Part shown: positions 61,081-64,000 of the stretch, piece by piece
How positions within the stretch are numbered: the stretch's first letter is position 1
Layout of the letters: each line of letters begins with the position of its first letter
NCBI GenBank assembly: GCA_963833225.1
Contig: CAWHXD010000008.1
Location: 608,001 to 672,000 of the forward strand
DNA from: an uncultured Chloroflexia bacterium
GTDB lineage: Bacteria; Chloroflexota; Limnocylindria; Limnocylindrales; CSP1-4
Direction: 5' to 3'
Length of the DNA: 64,000 nt
The notes under the pieces: model-generated
Seen by the model: only the letters and a program-made list of their open reading frames with translations
Told to the model about the DNA's origin: nothing
Database searches by the model: none
Program-made: the position numbers and the translations under genes

Positions 61081-61847
61081 ATGGGCCACACCTGGGATCC
61101 GCACCAATACCTCGCCTACGCGGACGAGCGCGGGCGGCCGTTCATGGAGCTGCTGGCGCGCGTGACGGCAGTCGATCCAGCGACGGTCGTCGACCTCGGC
61201 TGCGGGCCCGGCAACCTCACGGCGCTGCTCGCCGACCGGTGGCCGGCGGCGTCGATCACGGGCGTCGACTCAAGTCCCGAGATGATCGCCGAGGCGCGCG
61301 CCCTCGGGACGCGCGTGCAGTTCGAGGTCGCGGACCTTCGTGACTGGCTCGGGGTGTCGAGCCGGTGGACGTCCTCGTCTCCAACGCCACGCTCCAGTGG
61401 GTGCCGGGGCACCTCGACCTGCTGCCGGCGCTGGTCGACAGGGTACGGCCGGGTGGCTGGCTGGCGTTCCAGGTCCCGGGGAACTTCGAGGAGCCCAGCC
61501 ACACCATCCGGCGCGATCTTGCCGCCCGGGCACCGTATGCCGACCACCTGCACGGGGTCACTGTGCCAGGCGCGCACGATGCCGCAACGTATCTCGCGGC
61601 GCTGCTGGCGCTGGGCTGTGAGGTGGACGCCTGGGAGACGACCTATCTCCATGTCCTGGCCGGCGAGGACCCGGTCTTCACGTGGGTGACCGGAACGGGC
61701 GCGCGGCCCACGCTGCAGGCCCTCCCCTCGCCCATCCGGGAGGCGTTTGCGGCGGAGTACCGCGAGGGGTTGCGGGCCGCGTACCCGGACCGTGGCCACG
61801 GGGTGGTCCTGCCGTTCCGGCGGGTGTTCGTGGTGGCGAGGGTCTGA
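61081..61847 (+). CDS. tam: Trans-aconitate 2-methyltransferase; apparent frameshift at ~61355
   Basis: [42 protein letters not shown] and PFRR.F.VA. Confidence 0.88.
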
Positions 61848-62002
61848 GGCTCCGCGCAGGGTCTCGCTCCTGATAGGGATTCCGTTCTGGGCTCGGACCC
61901 ATTGAGCCCATGGCGGATGACGGGCTCGTCCGCCACGCTGGAGTCATGCCCAAGCCGAGGAACGCGCCCGAAGGGTGACCCGGACACGGGCAGGATGATC
62001 TG

Positions 62003-62110
62003 ATGGACTTGCTGGGTTTGGTGGCGCTAGGGGTCGTCATCCTCATGGTGATGTACGCGAATAGCCACACCGACGACCGCCCCGACGACCTCACTCGTCC
62101 GGACGCGTGA
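62003..62110 (+). CDS. Possible 35-aa single-TM peptide
   Basis: MDLLGLVALGVVILMVMYANSHTDDRPDDLTRPDA; AGGA about 8 nt upstream. Confidence 0.35.
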   Translation: MDLLGLVALGVVILMVMYANSHTDDRPDDLTRPDA

Positions 62111-62283
62111 CGCTGAGCGTCATCGTGGCAGGCACGATGGCTGCCACCGGCTCCTCACGCTGCGGCATCCGCCCGCGACATCGCGCCCAGTCCGCGCAGT
62201 CGCGGCGGCGATCGGCGTCCCGTACCAGCAAATGACGGAAACCCTATCGGGGGCGAGACCCGCTCAGGGCCCATCGTCGTCCG

Positions 62284-63753
62284 CTACGGGCCGTTGACCA
62301 GCCCCGCCGTGTCCACGACCTCGAGGTCCGCGCCGGTGAACCGGTCCAGCTCGTGAAGCACGTCGTCGTCGAAGCGCGGGTCGCTCATCCCGGACACATA
62401 CCACGGCGAGCCGTTGTCGGCGAGGATCATCCCGTAGCGCTGGAGCGCGACGGCGATGACGCGCGCGGCCGGTGACAGCCCGGACAGGTCCGCCTCGGCT
62501 CGCAGGCGGACGCGGAGGCCCATCGGGGGCAGCGAGGCGCTGGTGGATGACGACGCGAAGTGGCGCGCCGGGTAGAGGTACGCCTTCCGGGTCTGCGGCG
62601 CGGTGAACCGCAGCGCATGCTCGATGTCGCCTGCCGCCACCTCGTCGTACCGGACGAGACCGGGCAGGATCGGCAGGCCGGCGGCGTCGGCGCTGGTCCA
62701 GCCCTCGGGACGCAGGGCGTTGGACGCGAGGTCCCACTGCGCGCCCGAGCCGGCTCGCCACGTGCCGCCCGTTGCCTGGCGCACGTCGTAGAGCTCGTAC
62801 AGGCGGCAGGTCTCGCGGTCGACCGCGAGCAGGTGGCGGTCGGAGCCGCCCTCGATCAGAGGCGCGTCCGGGATGGGATATGGGCCCGCGTCCGACTCGC
62901 CCGAGTAGTCGAAGGTCACCGCGCGCAGCGGCGTATCCCCGTCGACGATCTGGTACGGGATCCCGTACCCGGCGTACGAGCCGAAGTCCATGTGGAACGT
63001 TCGGCTTGTCCCGATCGACGCGATCAGCGTTGAGGAGTCGGCGGCAACGGGACGCTCGTCGACGCGGACGTTCCACACGTTGTCCGCGGGGAAGACGGGG
63101 CATTCCGGGGCGCCGGGGAGCGTCGGCGAATCGCCGACGGGCGCCGGCTCGTCGCCATCGAGGATGCCGTCGCCGTCCGTGTCCGGGTTGAGCGGATCCG
63201 TGCCCCGGACGATCTCGGCGAGGTTCGCGAGCCCGTCGGCGTCCGCGTCCTCCTCGGCGTCCGGGACACCGTCGCGGTCCGTATCGGCCCTGGCAGGATC
63301 GAGGCCCAGCCGCTGCTCCCAGAGATTGACCAGGCCGTCGTGATCGCGGTCCTCGAGGCCGTCGCGCGTCCCGTCGCCGTCCGTGTCCGCCTTGCGGGGA
63401 TGGGTCCCGGCACGCATCTCGAACCCGTTGCGAAGCCCGTCGTGGTCAGCGTCCTCGCGGTCGTCCCGGAGACCGTCGCCGTCCGTGTCCTTGCGGCGGG
63501 GGTTCGTCCCGGACCGCTGCTCGCCCAGGTTCGTGAGCGTGTCGTGGTCCGGGTCTTCGCGATCGTCCCGGATGCCATCGCGGTCGGTGTCCTTGCGATG
63601 GGGATCGGTGTGCGACCGGTGGCGCTCGAAGTGATTTGAGAGCCCATCGTGATCGCTGTCCGTGAACGCCGCCGCCGGCCCGGGCAGGCCGGCCAGCATG
63701 CCGATCGCGAGCAGCGCCGCCAGCCCCACCACCGGCATTCGCGGCCTTCGCAT
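62284..63753 (-). CDS. Secreted protein with tandem DxDxDG Ca2+-binding repeats and a conserved-looking C-terminal domain
   Basis: Signal peptide; ~36-aa repeats D.D.DGL.N..E...GT.P...DTDGDG; C-terminal FPADN.WN...GIPY...DAAGLP...HALRF...YGM.LADNG. Confidence 0.8.
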   Translation of the reverse strand: MRRPRMPVVGLAALLAIGMLAGLPGPAAAFTDSDHDGLSNHFERHRSHTDPHRKDTDRDGIRDDREDPDHDTLTNLGEQRSGTNPRRKDTDGDGLRDDREDADHDGLRNGFEMRAGTHPRKADTDGDGTRDGLEDRDHDGLVNLWEQRLGLDPARADTDRDGVPDAEEDADADGLANLAEIVRGTDPLNPDTDGDGILDGDEPAPVGDSPTLPGAPECPVFPADNVWNVRVDERPVAADSSTLIASIGTSRTFHMDFGSYAGYGIPYQIVDGDTPLRAVTFDYSGESDAGPYPIPDAPLIEGGSDRHLLAVDRETCRLYELYDVRQATGGTWRAGSGAQWDLASNALRPEGWTSADAAGLPILPGLVRYDEVAAGDIEHALRFTAPQTRKAYLYPARHFASSSTSASLPPMGLRVRLRAEADLSGLSPAARVIAVALQRYGMILADNGSPWYVSGMSDPRFDDDVLHELDRFTGADLEVVDTAGLVNGP

Positions 63754-64000
63754 CACCACGTTCTGTCCTCCCCGAGTGGATGGACGCGGCCATCGACACA
63801 ACGCTTCGCGACAACCGCGTCCATGCTGGGAGGGTCGCGCATCGCGCCCGAGACGGCCATGACCCTTCAGTCCGGGGGTGCGATCCCGCACCGGACCCCC
63901 TGCCGTTGCCGCCGGGCACCAGGGCCGGGCCGTCCGGCCGGTCTCACGTGCAGATGACGCATCCGACCGACCAAGGAGTCCCGTGCGCCCCGCTAGCGCT

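Overview
A very GC-rich bacterial window. Gene content suggests Chloroflexota/Limnocylindria-like or an actinobacteria-like lineage; this is inference only. About a dozen genes are split by single-base frameshifts, most likely long-read assembly indels. The centre (~25.8-54.4 kb) is a Streptomyces-type contractile injection system (CIS/eCIS) locus. A + strand structural operon encodes sheath, tube, chaperone, DUF6760-like peptide, a Pro/Ala-rich 'xQR' protein, second tube, LysM/tube initiator, VgrG, gp25, baseplate J, gpI-like tail protein and a Zn-ribbon/(Pro-Glu)n/TM/discoidin membrane protein. Divergent from it are DUF4255, an AAA ATPase and DUF4157. The locus also has a LuxR regulator, a convergent MalT/BTAD regulator and a tightly packed five-gene operon of membrane-anchored or exported proteins ending in a papain/C39-like peptidase. 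A palindrome, TGCCC-N4-GGGCA, recurs in three intergenic regions of the locus, and a GGGGGAA slippery site joins the chaperone and DUF6760 frames. The flanks carry metabolic genes (fused TPS/TPP, iolA/iolB with an atypical transaldolase-fold enzyme, ppc, ndh, ppdK, fpr, nfnAB, tam), peptidases and a two-component pair. Two unexplained ~51-52-bp-period repeat structures are present: an intergenic palindrome array at 7.4-7.7 kb and repeat cassettes flanking an HTH-PD-(D/E)XK nuclease gene at 23-24 kb.
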